Of a stretch of DNA of 64,000 nucleotides, positions 36,319 through 47,128 are shown piece after piece. The translations under genes and the position numbers were made by a program. The notes beneath the pieces are model-generated. The model was not told where the DNA came from. It searched no databases and saw only the letters and a program-made list of their open reading frames with translations. The DNA comes from an uncultured Oscillospiraceae bacterium (GTDB lineage Bacteria; Bacillota; Clostridia; Oscillospirales; Acutalibacteraceae): assembly GCA_900549775.1 (NCBI GenBank), contig URPR01000001.1:50094-114093 (forward strand), written 5' to 3'. Positions within the stretch are counted from its first letter, which is position 1. The number at the start of each line of letters is the position of its first letter.

Positions 36319-37324
36319 TCATATTTATCAGCTGGTAAGTCCGCACTTTTTTTCGGTGTCATACGCTGATGTAAACTTAAACGAAGGCGTTATAGTTAGG
36401 CCTGACTTTATGTCCATTTGCCATGCCGACCAGAGATATTACTTAGGAAAGCGAGATGCTAAAGTTTTAAGTAAAAAGCTACCAATGGCTCTCATACATG
36501 AATGCAGTGGCACTGTACTTAGAGATAATACAAAGACTTTCAGGGCCGGGCAGAAAGTAGTTTTGATACCAAATATACCAGGAAAAAAATGCGATGGCGT
36601 ATTTGAAAATTATTCATTAAATTCAAAATTTAGGTCAAGCTCGACAGATGGTTTTATGCAAGAATTTGTGAGTATGCCGGCAGATAGATTGGTAGCATTT
36701 GAAAATATAAAAATGGAAGTGGCTGCAATTTGTGAGTTTGTAAGTGTAGCATGCCACGCGGTGAATCGGTTTAAGCTTGCTACTGGCAAAAGAATCGGCA
36801 CAATTGGGATATGGGGCGATGGGAGCTTAGCTTATGTGTTTTCTTGTGTTTTAAAAGAAGAGTTGCCCGATTCTAAGGTGGTAGTTATAGGCAAAGATGT
36901 AAGAAAGCTTTCATATTTTACCTTTGTAGACAGGACTTTTCTGGTGGGCAGTTTGCCGAAAGACTTTTCAGTTGATAATGCTTTTGAATGTGCCGGTGGG
37001 GAAGGTAGTTTCTTTGCAATAGACGATATCATTCGTTTTATAAGACCGCAAGGTTATACTGTTTTGCTTGGCGTGAGCGAAAATAAAATATCTATAAATA
37101 CTAGAGACATTTTAGAAAAAGGGTTAACTTTCATAGGCTGTAGTAGATCTGGACGAGAAGACTTTGAAAAGGCTATAAATCTTATGGAAAAAAGTGATTT
37201 TCAAAGTAGATTGAGCGCTGTAATTTCGCAAGAACCAGAGGTTAAAGAAATTTCAGATATTCATAGAGTTTTCAAAAAAGATAGTTATAATTTATTTAAA
37301 ACTGTGTTTAAATGGGGTGTATAG
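36311..37324 (+). CDS. tarJ: Ribulose-5-phosphate reductase (zinc-type alcohol dehydrogenase)
   Basis: Medium-chain dehydrogenase fold (CHAD...HECSG Zn ligands, GxGxxG region). Immediately follows the tarI-like gene. Confidence 0.7.
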   Translation: MINHIYQLVSPHFFSVSYADVNLNEGVIVRPDFMSICHADQRYYLGKRDAKVLSKKLPMALIHECSGTVLRDNTKTFRAGQKVVLIPNIPGKKCDGVFENYSLNSKFRSSSTDGFMQEFVSMPADRLVAFENIKMEVAAICEFVSVACHAVNRFKLATGKRIGTIGIWGDGSLAYVFSCVLKEELPDSKVVVIGKDVRKLSYFTFVDRTFLVGSLPKDFSVDNAFECAGGEGSFFAIDDIIRFIRPQGYTVLLGVSENKISINTRDILEKGLTFIGCSRSGREDFEKAINLMEKSDFQSRLSAVISQEPEVKEISDIHRVFKKDSYNLFKTVFKWGV

Positions 37325-37330
37325 AGTTAG

Positions 37331-38332
37331 ATGGGTAAAAATACTAACAAAGTTCCTAGTATAAGCATCATTGTGCCGGTTTACAATGTTGAAAAATATT
37401 TAAAAAAATGTATAGATTCTATTTTAAATCAGTCATTTCAAAATTTTGAATTAATTTTAGTAGATGATGGATCTACCGATAGCTCTGGTGAGATTTGCGA
37501 TGAATATGCCTTGAAAGATCGCAGAGTTTTAGTTATACATAAAGAAAATGGAGGATTAAGCTCAGCAAGGAATGAAGGAATAAAGGCTTCGAGCGCGGAG
37601 TATGTTGGTTTCGTAGACAGCGATGATTATATCTCATTTAGCATGTATGAATTTTTGTATAATAATTTAATTGAGAACAATGCAGACATCTCAATTTGCG
37701 GTTTGTATAATTGCTATGAAAATAATGTTTACCCTCAATATAGCAAAAAAGAATTTTATTTACTTAACAATGAGCAGGCTTTAAAAATGGCTTTGGAAGG
37801 AAAAGTTTTTTCAGTTCATGCTGTAAATAAATTGTATAAAAGAAGTTTATTTGAAGATGTTCTATTTCCCATAAATAAATTATCTGAAGACGCATTCACC
37901 ATACCGAAACTTTTACTTAAAAGCAGGAGGGTGGTAGTAAACACTGTGCCGCTATATTTTTATGTGCACAGGAGCGGAACAATCACAACGTCTAGCTATA
38001 AGAAAAAGGACCTTGATGTAATAGAAGCTTATTTTCAAAATTTAAAATTAGTTGAAGAAAAATGTCCTAAACTAAAAAAAGAAGCAGAATTTAGACTTTT
38101 GTGGGCGTTTATGTGTGTGCTTGATAAAATGATAATGACAGATGATTTTAGTGATTTTGAAAAATATAAAAAAATTCTTAAGACACTCAAAAAAAATAGA
38201 ACAAAAATTTTATTAAACTCTTGTTTTTCACTTCACAGAAAAATTGGAATGGTTTGTTTATTCTTAAACGATAAATTGTATAAGGCATTAATACGGTACA
38301 ATCATAAAAGAAATATGTCTTTAGTAAATTAA
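37331..38332 (+). CDS. Family 2 glycosyltransferase
   Basis: ISIIVPVYNVEKYLKKCIDSILNQSF...LVDDGSTDSS...VDSDDY is a GT2 with a DxD. Confidence 0.8.
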   Translation: MGKNTNKVPSISIIVPVYNVEKYLKKCIDSILNQSFQNFELILVDDGSTDSSGEICDEYALKDRRVLVIHKENGGLSSARNEGIKASSAEYVGFVDSDDYISFSMYEFLYNNLIENNADISICGLYNCYENNVYPQYSKKEFYLLNNEQALKMALEGKVFSVHAVNKLYKRSLFEDVLFPINKLSEDAFTIPKLLLKSRRVVVNTVPLYFYVHRSGTITTSSYKKKDLDVIEAYFQNLKLVEEKCPKLKKEAEFRLLWAFMCVLDKMIMTDDFSDFEKYKKILKTLKKNRTKILLNSCFSLHRKIGMVCLFLNDKLYKALIRYNHKRNMSLVN

Positions 38333-38371
38333 TAGTAATTACATTTTACAAATAAAGGAACAAGATTACAT

Positions 38372-39787
38372 ATGAAAATAAAGAAAATATTTAGCGTAAA
38401 AACATATGAAAAGCTGCGGCTTGCTTATATGATACTTTTTCTGTTTGCAGTGCTTACAAGGGTACTGATGCCAATAGCTTTAAATGAGTCTCAACTTGTT
38501 AATAGTGCGGTTTTTGGCTTTGTAGCCTTTTTTGGACTACTTGTACTGGCTGTGGACTTTTTTGGTGAAAGGATAATGTTCACAGTAAAATATAAAGAAC
38601 TTTTGAGCTTATTTTTGGTTACAGTAGTAGTTTCGAGCATATTAAATGTAAAATATGGATTTTTGGGAAATATAAGAAACTTTGTATGGCTTTTAGTTTC
38701 GTTTTTCCTTTTGTACGCAATAAACTTGAAAAGAGAAAAAAAAGACGTATTTAAGGAAATAGGTATACTTTCAAATATTTTAATAGCGGTTTGGTTTTGT
38801 GTAGTGGCTTACTCGTTGTACATGTTTATATTTCAAATAGGTTTTTATGTTTATATTTATCCAGACTCATTTGCTAGACAAGGATTTATAGAAAATAGGC
38901 TTTTTGGAATATTTGAAGATCCTAACTTTGCTGCGATGGTATCGATAATTACGATGGTGTTTTCTATTTGGAATATAAAAGCTTTAAAAAACAAGATATT
39001 AAATATTTTTTACATAACGAATATAGTACTGCAATTTTGTTATATAGTTCTGTCAGGGTCTAGAACGGCACAGCTTGCAGCTAGTATTGGAGTATTTGTT
39101 TTTAGTTTTTTTGCTTTTAGATATAAGTTTTTTGATATAAAAAACAAAGCCTTCAAGCACCTCGCAATTGTGATTTCTAGCATTTTATTATCTGGTTTTG
39201 CTTTTTTTGCTGTAAATTTATCAAGTGAACTTCTTTCATATGTGCCACCGATGTTTAGCTTTTGCAGTGCTAAAGGAGAAGAAAGTACACAGCATAAAAT
39301 TAAGCCTGCTATGACTAAAAGGGAAGACATACAAGACACTTCAGACGTTTCAAGCTGTAGGTTTAAAATATGGAAAGCGGCTTTTGAATTGTTTAAATCT
39401 AAACCTATTTTAGGAACTTCTCCCAGAAACATGCGGCAATACGCTAAGACTGAATTTCCCAATAATTTTATAGGAATGAGAGGTTATGCGGTTCATAACG
39501 TGTACCTTGACATTTTAACGTCTACAGGTATTTTAGGAGCACTGGCTATTGTGCTGTTTTTTGTAAAGTATCTGGTTTATATTTTTAAGTATTTATTTTC
39601 TAAAAATGCAGTCAACAAAAGTAATTACCTTTATGTTACATTTTTCTTAACTATCATTGCAATGATAGCTGTATCAGCGGCGTTTTTATCTGAAATATTC
39701 TTTGTAAATACTGTTAGTGTGCTGTTTTTCTGGCTATCTATGGGAAAATGTGTTTACTTTATAGAAAATGAAGATAATGCAAGTTAG
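38372..39787 (+). CDS. O-antigen ligase/polymerase-like (Wzy family) integral membrane protein
   Basis: About 10-12 predicted TM helices. A large periplasmic loop between TM helices is present. A C-terminal TM cluster is present. 471 aa. Confidence 0.6.
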   Translation: MKIKKIFSVKTYEKLRLAYMILFLFAVLTRVLMPIALNESQLVNSAVFGFVAFFGLLVLAVDFFGERIMFTVKYKELLSLFLVTVVVSSILNVKYGFLGNIRNFVWLLVSFFLLYAINLKREKKDVFKEIGILSNILIAVWFCVVAYSLYMFIFQIGFYVYIYPDSFARQGFIENRLFGIFEDPNFAAMVSIITMVFSIWNIKALKNKILNIFYITNIVLQFCYIVLSGSRTAQLAASIGVFVFSFFAFRYKFFDIKNKAFKHLAIVISSILLSGFAFFAVNLSSELLSYVPPMFSFCSAKGEESTQHKIKPAMTKREDIQDTSDVSSCRFKIWKAAFELFKSKPILGTSPRNMRQYAKTEFPNNFIGMRGYAVHNVYLDILTSTGILGALAIVLFFVKYLVYIFKYLFSKNAVNKSNYLYVTFFLTIIAMIAVSAAFLSEIFFVNTVSVLFFWLSMGKCVYFIENEDNAS

Positions 39788-40802
39788 GGGTGAGAAATTT
39801 TTGTTTTATAAGAAAATAAGCATAATTGTTCCAGTATACAACAAAGAAAAAAATATAGAAGCTTGTGTAAATAGCATTTTGTCTCAAATGTATGAAAACA
39901 TTGAGGTAGTTTTGGTAAATGACGGTTCGACTGATAACTCGCTGCCCATATGTGAAAATTTTGCTTTGAAAGATGACAGGGTGAAGGTTATAACCAAAGC
40001 AAACGGAGGTGTCTCTTCAGCGAGAAACGTTGGGCTCCAAAACACTACGGGTGAGTACGTGGAATTTGTTGATGCTGATGATGTTATAGATGAAAACATG
40101 TGCTCAGAAATGGCTAAGGCAATGTATGAAAGCGATGCTGACATCGTTGTTTGCGGCTATAAAAGGCAAAACAAGTCTTTAAATCAAGTGAAAAAATGTG
40201 TAGGGGCATTTTTAAAAGGTGAAAGCGGGCTGGAAAGAGGTTTTAAATTTTTATATGAAAACGCCTTGTTTAATGCTCCTTGGAATAAACTTTACAAAAG
40301 AGAAAAAATAAACTTTAACTTCTCACAAGATTTTTCCATAGGGGAAGATTTACTTTTTAATTTAGATTACTTTAAAAATTGCGATAAAATTCGGCTAATA
40401 AAGGCTTGCCCTTATAATTATAACGCAAATATAGATAATTCTTTAAGTTTGAAATATGATGAAAAAATTTTAGAGCAAGAACTGTATTTGAACGACATGG
40501 TGAAATCATTTTGCAAAGAAAAATTTGGTGATGATCATCTAGATGGCAGTTTAGATAGAGTATTTTTAAAAGAAATTTATTATATTTTAAAAAAAGTTGT
40601 GTTTTTAGATGAATGTGACAAAAAAGAAAAGATTAATAAAATAAAAAAAATCATAAATTTACCACAAGTTTTAGCGATCGACAAGAAACTAAAAGTACAT
40701 GACAAGCAATTGAAAATAGTTTTTACACTTTTAAAACATAACTGTGCAGTAGGCATTTACACATTTTTTGTTTTGAAGAAAATTTTATTTAAGACAATAT
40801 AG
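39768..40802 (+). CDS. Family 2 glycosyltransferase
   Basis: ISIIVPVYNKEKNIEACVNSILSQMYENIEVVLVNDGSTDNS...VDADDV. The likely real start is TTG ~39801 after GGGGTGAG. The ORF-track start overlaps the upstream gene. Confidence 0.8.
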   Translation: MKIMQVRGEKFLFYKKISIIVPVYNKEKNIEACVNSILSQMYENIEVVLVNDGSTDNSLPICENFALKDDRVKVITKANGGVSSARNVGLQNTTGEYVEFVDADDVIDENMCSEMAKAMYESDADIVVCGYKRQNKSLNQVKKCVGAFLKGESGLERGFKFLYENALFNAPWNKLYKREKINFNFSQDFSIGEDLLFNLDYFKNCDKIRLIKACPYNYNANIDNSLSLKYDEKILEQELYLNDMVKSFCKEKFGDDHLDGSLDRVFLKEIYYILKKVVFLDECDKKEKINKIKKIINLPQVLAIDKKLKVHDKQLKIVFTLLKHNCAVGIYTFFVLKKILFKTI

Positions 40803-40842
40803 CTTGTAAAAGTTAAAAATATAAAGGTTGGTAAAAAACGCA

Positions 40843-42384
40843 ATGAGAACGAGAAATTCGATTGTAAATAGCTCTTTTGCTTTAATATCGTATGCTATTT
40901 TATTTTTAGGCCCGTTTTTTGTGAGCCCTTTTTTAGAATCCATTTTAGGTGGAGAATATCTTGGTATACAAAAAACTTTGGTCGACACAGTTGCTCTTTT
41001 GAGCATAGTGGAATTGGGAATCAGCTATGGAATAATATACAAACTATATGAACCTATTGCTAAGAAGGACTATGAAAAAGTTGCGATATTGCTGAACTTT
41101 TATAAGAATGCTTTTAAAGCGGTTGCAGGTGTAGTGTTTTTATTGGGACTATGGTTGACTTTTATAATACCTAAAATTTTTGCGAAAAACCAAGGACCAA
41201 AGAGCGTTTCAGAAGTTTTTTTAAGTTTTGCGTTCTTCTTGTATCTTTTAGACACTTTATTTACTTATTTGTTTGGCCACAAAAGGGCAATGCTCATAGC
41301 AGATCAAAAGAACTACATTGTTACTTTATGTAGGACAGTTTGTCAACTTTTGATGTTTGTATTCCAGGTTATGGTTATTTATATTTTTAAATCGTTTATA
41401 TGGTATGTTGTGGTAAAGGTTTTGTTTACACTTATTGAAAGCTTGCTCATAAACAGACAATACAAAAAACTGTATTCGAATATTATAAATTTGAAAATAA
41501 AAGGAAAGCTAGCTAAATCTGAAAAGAAAGATTTATTTAAGAATTTGAATGCGTTATTTTACCACAAAATAGGCTATCAAAGTTTAATTTCAGGTTCAAC
41601 TATAATAATGACAAATAAACTAGGTAAAATCGTTACAGGCATTTATTACCCATACACGCTCATAACAAGTGGTCTTATTAACGTTATTACTCAAGTGTTC
41701 AATTCGATACTATCGAGTTTCGGTAATTACTTAGCCAGCAATACCAAAGAAAAAGTATATGCACTTTATAAGAAATTGTACTTGTTAAATCATGTGGTGT
41801 TTTCGTTTTTTACAGTTTCGTTTTTTTGCTTGGTAAAGCCATTTGTGGAGCTTTGGATGGGACAAGATTTTATATTTCCTCTAAAGACTATAATACTTAT
41901 CACTTTAAATTTTTATTTGTTGGGAATGAGACAATCGGTGACGATGGTGAAGTCCAGTGTGGGCTTGTATAGGCCAGATAGATACTTTGCCATAGCTGAA
42001 ACTATAATAAATTTAAGTTTATCTTGGATTTTGGTTGGGCATTACGGTTTAAATGGAATTTTAATGGCAAATTTAATAAGTACAATTTTAATTCCTTTTT
42101 GGGTACAGCCTTATGTTGTTTACGTGAATGTTTTTGAAAAGTCTGTGTTAAATTATTATAAAAAGTTTGTATTGTACTTGTTTTTAACGTTAGGCCAAGT
42201 GATAATATCGTATTTTTTATGCGGGATTTTTAGATTTAACAACATAATTTTGCAGTTGACTGTAAATGCGGCGTGCTGTTTAGTTGTACCGAATGTGATT
42301 AATTTATTATTTTTTTATCATACAGACGAATTGCAGTACTTATTGAGAGTTTTAAAAGGAATATTAAAGAAGGGGAAAAAGTAA
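40843..42384 (+). CDS. wzx: Polysaccharide flippase (Wzx, MOP superfamily)
   Basis: About 14 TM helices and a polysaccharide biosynthesis protein architecture. About 510 aa. Confidence 0.7.
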   Translation: MRTRNSIVNSSFALISYAILFLGPFFVSPFLESILGGEYLGIQKTLVDTVALLSIVELGISYGIIYKLYEPIAKKDYEKVAILLNFYKNAFKAVAGVVFLLGLWLTFIIPKIFAKNQGPKSVSEVFLSFAFFLYLLDTLFTYLFGHKRAMLIADQKNYIVTLCRTVCQLLMFVFQVMVIYIFKSFIWYVVVKVLFTLIESLLINRQYKKLYSNIINLKIKGKLAKSEKKDLFKNLNALFYHKIGYQSLISGSTIIMTNKLGKIVTGIYYPYTLITSGLINVITQVFNSILSSFGNYLASNTKEKVYALYKKLYLLNHVVFSFFTVSFFCLVKPFVELWMGQDFIFPLKTIILITLNFYLLGMRQSVTMVKSSVGLYRPDRYFAIAETIINLSLSWILVGHYGLNGILMANLISTILIPFWVQPYVVYVNVFEKSVLNYYKKFVLYLFLTLGQVIISYFLCGIFRFNNIILQLTVNAACCLVVPNVINLLFFYHTDELQYLLRVLKGILKKGKK

Positions 42385-43758
42385 TTGAAACGGGAAATGG
42401 TTATTAGAAAAAATGACGTTTTAGAAGCAGAAGTGTTATCGTTAAGTTCGGAAGGCAACGGCATTTGTAAGATAAAAGATTTTGCTGTCTTTGTACCAAA
42501 TGCCATCCCGGGAGATAAGTTGCTTATTAAAATATTAAAGGTAAAAAAGAATTACGCATTTTCTAAAATAGAAAAAATTTTAGAACCGTCTTCAAATAGA
42601 ATAAAGCCTGACTGTGATTCCTTTCCTAAATGTGGCGGTTGTACTTTCAGAAACTTGAAATATGAATCGGAATTGCTATTTAAAGAAAGGAAAGTAAAGG
42701 ATTCACTTGAAAAGATAGGAGGGATTAAAGATTTAAAAATAGAGAAAATTATTCCTTCTGAGAAAATTGATGGTTATAGGAACAAAGCACAATTACCAAT
42801 AAGCATTGATAAAAGTGGCAATTACATAGTAGGCTTTTATGCAAAACATACTCACAGGGTAGTTGACTGTAAAGACTGTAAATTGCAACCCGAAATTTTT
42901 AGAAAATCAATAGAAGCATTTTTGGCTTGGGCAAACAAAACAAAACCTAGTGTATATGACGAAAGGCTACACAGTGGACTTTTGAGGCATTTATATTTAA
43001 GAATAGCTGAAAAAACTGATGAAGTTATGTTTTCGCTGGTTATAAATGGAGATGACATAGAAGATTCGGAATTATTAATAAACACAGTTAGAAGAACTGT
43101 GCCGCAAGTGAAAAGTATAATTTTAAATATAAACAAAGCTGATACGAATGTTGTTTTGGGTAAAGAAAATAAGGTAATGTGGGGGAAAGGATGCCTGACA
43201 GATGAATTGTGTGGACTCAAGTTTAATATTTCTCCGAACTCGTTTTATCAAGTAAACAGAAGCCAAACGGAAAAATTGTACAGTTTAGTGAAAGAGTATG
43301 CAGATTTAAGCGGAAGTGAGACTGTTTTAGATTTGTATTGTGGGACGGGAACTATAGGACTTACAATGGCGAAAAAGTGCAAAAAATTGATAGGGGTAGA
43401 AATTGTTGAACAGGCCATAGAAAATGCGAAAAATAATGCAAAAATGAATAATATAAAAAATGCAAGCTTTGTCTGTATGGACGCAAAACTTGCTTTTGAA
43501 GAGTTAAAAAAACGAGGAAACAAAATAGATGTTGTGGTGATTGATCCTCCCAGAAAAGGCTGCGATGAAAACGTGGTAAACTTAATTTCTCATTTTAAAG
43601 TGCCTAAAGTTATTTATGTTTCGTGTGATCCTGCGACGTTAGCTAGAGATTTAAAACTTTTTGCAGAAAGATCTTATAAAATAAAAAATATAGGATCTGT
43701 TGATATGTTCTCAAGGACTGCTCATGTCGAAACAGTTGTTTTACTTTCAAAACTGTAA
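42385..43758 (+). CDS. rlmD: 23S rRNA (uracil-C5)-methyltransferase, RlmD/RumA family (TRAM, Fe-S Cys cluster, SAM MTase)
   Basis: N-terminal TRAM domain. Cys cluster CDSFPKCGGC...C. MTase motif LDLYCGTGTIG. C-terminal nucleophile region. Confidence 0.75.
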   Translation: MKREMVIRKNDVLEAEVLSLSSEGNGICKIKDFAVFVPNAIPGDKLLIKILKVKKNYAFSKIEKILEPSSNRIKPDCDSFPKCGGCTFRNLKYESELLFKERKVKDSLEKIGGIKDLKIEKIIPSEKIDGYRNKAQLPISIDKSGNYIVGFYAKHTHRVVDCKDCKLQPEIFRKSIEAFLAWANKTKPSVYDERLHSGLLRHLYLRIAEKTDEVMFSLVINGDDIEDSELLINTVRRTVPQVKSIILNINKADTNVVLGKENKVMWGKGCLTDELCGLKFNISPNSFYQVNRSQTEKLYSLVKEYADLSGSETVLDLYCGTGTIGLTMAKKCKKLIGVEIVEQAIENAKNNAKMNNIKNASFVCMDAKLAFEELKKRGNKIDVVVIDPPRKGCDENVVNLISHFKVPKVIYVSCDPATLARDLKLFAERSYKIKNIGSVDMFSRTAHVETVVLLSKL

Positions 43759-43787
43759 ATATTGATTTATAGGGAATGGAGAAATAT

Positions 43788-44807
43788 ATGACAAAAGTGA
43801 GCTTGCAAAAAAGAGAAAGAGTGGCACTTTATGATAATATAAAATTTATTATGATTACACTCATGGTTGTGGGGCATTTTGCAGATGTTTTTACAGAAAG
43901 TTCAGGTGTTTGCCAGAGCATATATCTCTTTATTTATGCTTTTCACATGCCAATGATGATATTTGTTTCAGGTTTATTTTACACGAATAGACAAAACATA
44001 CCAAAAATAATGTTTTATATTTGTAGTGGTTTCGCTTTAAAAGTATCACTTTCAATTGTAGATTTAATTTGTAGTCGCAGCAGTACTAGTTTTTCTTTGC
44101 TGACTGATGCAGGGATCCCTTGGTTTATGTTTGTATTAGCGAGCTATCAAATCTTAATGTATATTTTTAGAAATATAAATAAAGTGTTCTTACTTATTTT
44201 TTGTATAATATTGGCCTGTTTTGTTGGATATGATACGACTGTTGGAGATTATTTATATCTTTCTAGAATGATTGTCTTTTTCCCTTTTTATTTATTGGGT
44301 ACGATGCTTTCTCCCCAAAAGATCGTGTCTTTTCTAAATAAATATTCAAAAAGATTTATTGGTATTGCAATAATTATTATAACAATGTGGTTTTTCTTAT
44401 GCTTTTATAAAAGAGATGAATTTTATATTTACCGACACCTGTTTACTGGGAGAAATAGCTTTTCTAGTGAAATTCTTGAATATGGCCCACTGGCACGCTT
44501 GTTATGTTACTGTATTACATTTTTGACTGGTGCAAGTTTATTGACTTTAACGTCAAAAGTTCGAATTTCGTTTATTTCTTCGCTAGGGTTACATACATTG
44601 AATGTCTACTATTGGCACTGGATTATTTATTGCTTGGCGGATAAATTTTTTAATATTAGCAATATTTTTAGTCTGGGAAAAACAGGGGGAGTGGTTTTTT
44701 TGCTTATCGCAATATTGTTAAGTGTTATATTATCTAGTGTAAGAGTGTTTGATTATCCATTAAATTTAATAAGGCAACAGTGTTTCAAAGCAAATGACAA
44801 CACGTAA
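43788..44807 (+). CDS. Acyltransferase family 3 membrane protein (O-acyltransferase)
   Basis: About 10 TM helices with conserved ITLMVVGHF / FHMPMMIFVSG motifs. Start at ATG 43788 (SD GGAGAAAT). Confidence 0.65.
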   Translation: MTKVSLQKRERVALYDNIKFIMITLMVVGHFADVFTESSGVCQSIYLFIYAFHMPMMIFVSGLFYTNRQNIPKIMFYICSGFALKVSLSIVDLICSRSSTSFSLLTDAGIPWFMFVLASYQILMYIFRNINKVFLLIFCIILACFVGYDTTVGDYLYLSRMIVFFPFYLLGTMLSPQKIVSFLNKYSKRFIGIAIIIITMWFFLCFYKRDEFYIYRHLFTGRNSFSSEILEYGPLARLLCYCITFLTGASLLTLTSKVRISFISSLGLHTLNVYYWHWIIYCLADKFFNISNIFSLGKTGGVVFLLIAILLSVILSSVRVFDYPLNLIRQQCFKANDNT

Positions 44808-44924
44808 TGTTTTAGCTTTGATGATTGCCATCACAGATGAAAGAGTATCAAAATCAATAAGTACACATTTTTTATACTATTGAGCAAAGTTGAGACGAGA
44901 ATAAACTTGATACTTCAATAATTA

Positions 44925-46448
44925 CTACTTCCAGTATTTCTGGTCTAAGTTTCTATATTGTACAGCTTCAGCGACGTGCGAGGATTTTATAATTTCGCTG
45001 CAGGCTAAATCAGCTATAGTTCTTGAAACTTTTAAGATCCTGTCGTATGCTCTGGCGGATAAGTTTAAATTTTCAAAAGCTTTTTTGAATAAAGCTCTAG
45101 CATTGTCTGAAAGCTGGCAATGCTTTTCTAACATGTCTGGAGTTATCAGTGCATTACATGTGACATTGCTGCCTTTGTAGCGATTTGCTTGAATGATTCT
45201 TGCTTTATCTACACGTTCCTTTATACTTTCGGAGCTTTCCTCGCCTTGATATGTACTAAGCTTTTCAAAGTCAACAGGTGCTACTTCTACCTGTATATCT
45301 ATCCTATCTAAAAGTGGTCCCGAGACTTTAGAAAGGTATTTCTTTACCAGTTTTTTACTGCAAATGCATTTTTTCGTAGGGTGACCGTAGTACCCGCAAG
45401 GGCATGGGTTCATGGCTGCGATTAACATAATAGAGCAGGGATAGCTCAAGGTACCATTTACGCGCGATATTGTAACTTTGCGGTCTTCTATTGGCTGTCT
45501 AAGGACTTCCATTGAGGCTCTTGCAAACTCAGGTAACTCATCTAAAAATAAAACCCCATTGTGAGCTAAGGAAATCTCACCGGGCTTAGGTATACTGCCC
45601 CCTCCTGCAAGACCGGCAGGTGATATAGTATGATGGACAGATCTGAATGGGCGTTTTTTTAAAAGACTGGTACCTAGGGGCAACAGACCTGCTATGGAAT
45701 ATATTTTGCTTGTTTCTATAGATTCTTCCAAAGTCATGTCAGGCAAAATTGATGGTAACCTTTTTGCTAACATGCTTTTTCCTGAACCAGGAGGACCTAT
45801 TAGTAACACATTATGCCCTCCTGCAGCGGCGATTTCCAGAGCCCTTTTGGCTTGAAATTGTCCTTTAACTTGTGAAAAATCTAGAAGTTCAAAATTTTCA
45901 GCTTTTGTGGTATTATTTAATTTAGCACGAGGAAGGTTCTTTTGTCCCGTCAAATGCAAAATTAAATTTTCTATATTGTCTGTAGGGTAGGTGTTTATAC
46001 AGTTGATGACAGCGCCTTCTGCTTCGTTTTCTTTCGGGATAAATGCTGTGTTTATACCCAATTCTTTGGCTTTAGAAAGCATAGCAAGGGTACCTTTTAT
46101 GGGCTTAACTTCGCCGTTTAAAGAAAGTTCACCTAAAAAGGCACAACTATCTAAGTTCACATTTAGTTGCCCTGAAGCTGCCATGATTGCGATTAAAATT
46201 GGTAGATCATAGATTGCACCTTCTTTTTTTATGTCTGCCGGAGCCAAATTTATAGTTATTTTGCTTATAGGAAAATCTAAGCCGACATTTTTTATAGTTG
46301 ACCTAACTCTATTTCGAGATTCTCTAACGGCTGCGTCTGGCAAACCCACGATGTCGAAGGCTGGAATGCCTCTGTCTATAGAAGCTTCTACATCCACTAT
46401 AAAAGCGTCCAAGCCGAAAAGTCCGAGACTTTTTATTTTAGCGAACAT
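44925..46448 (-). CDS. comM: YifB/ComM family Mg-chelatase-like AAA+ ATPase
   Basis: Lon-protease-like N-terminal domain. Walker A GPPGSGKS. Mg-chelatase ChlI-like core. Zinc-binding C4. C-terminal HTH-like region. Confidence 0.8.
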   Translation of the reverse strand: MFAKIKSLGLFGLDAFIVDVEASIDRGIPAFDIVGLPDAAVRESRNRVRSTIKNVGLDFPISKITINLAPADIKKEGAIYDLPILIAIMAASGQLNVNLDSCAFLGELSLNGEVKPIKGTLAMLSKAKELGINTAFIPKENEAEGAVINCINTYPTDNIENLILHLTGQKNLPRAKLNNTTKAENFELLDFSQVKGQFQAKRALEIAAAGGHNVLLIGPPGSGKSMLAKRLPSILPDMTLEESIETSKIYSIAGLLPLGTSLLKKRPFRSVHHTISPAGLAGGGSIPKPGEISLAHNGVLFLDELPEFARASMEVLRQPIEDRKVTISRVNGTLSYPCSIMLIAAMNPCPCGYYGHPTKKCICSKKLVKKYLSKVSGPLLDRIDIQVEVAPVDFEKLSTYQGEESSESIKERVDKARIIQANRYKGSNVTCNALITPDMLEKHCQLSDNARALFKKAFENLNLSARAYDRILKVSRTIADLACSEIIKSSHVAEAVQYRNLDQKYWK

Positions 46449-46560
46449 GTAAATCACCTTTTCTTTAGATGTAAAATCAATAAATAATTCTTATTATATA
46501 AAATTTATTATACAATATTTTTAAAATATAATCAATAAAATTTGATAAGGAGGTTTTCTT

Positions 46561-47121
46561 TTGCTGCACAATAAAATATTATACATTTCCAAAATAGCAA
46601 TATTTTCTGCTGCTGCGACAGTTTTAGCATTGTTTTCTTTTCCGGTTCCTCCATTACCAAGTTTTTATAAAGTGAATTTGAGCGATTCGATAGTTATAAT
46701 AGGAGGACTTGTTTTGGGGCCTTTAGCCGCTAGTTTAATAATACTTATACGAACTGCGTTGGTGCTGCTAGTGAAAGGTACGTCAACTTTTTTTATCGGA
46801 AATTTAGCGGATATGTTGTTAAGTTTTTCTTTTGTTATGCCTATTTTTATATGTAAGCGTAATAGGACGCTACGCGGAGCAATCAAGAGAGTATGGGCAG
46901 GAATTTTTAGTTTATGTATTTTTTCTCTAGTACTTAATTATTTTGTATTGGTGCCGTTATACTCAAAAATAGCATCTGTGCCGTATAATGAAATTTTAAT
47001 TTGTAATAACAATTTACTTATCCAATTTTTATGTGCAGTATTGCTTTTAAACCTGCTAAAAGGGCTATTGTGCGGAGCCTTAGCTTTATTTATCCATAGA
47101 AGAGTATTAAAAGTTCATTGA
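46561..47121 (+). CDS. ECF-transporter S-component-like membrane protein (substrate unknown)
   Basis: 186 aa with 5-6 TM helices and S-component topology. TTG start after SD AGGAGG. No upstream riboswitch-sized leader. Confidence 0.45.
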   Translation: MLHNKILYISKIAIFSAAATVLALFSFPVPPLPSFYKVNLSDSIVIIGGLVLGPLAASLIILIRTALVLLVKGTSTFFIGNLADMLLSFSFVMPIFICKRNRTLRGAIKRVWAGIFSLCIFSLVLNYFVLVPLYSKIASVPYNEILICNNNLLIQFLCAVLLLNLLKGLLCGALALFIHRRVLKVH

Positions 47122-47128
47122 AACAAAA

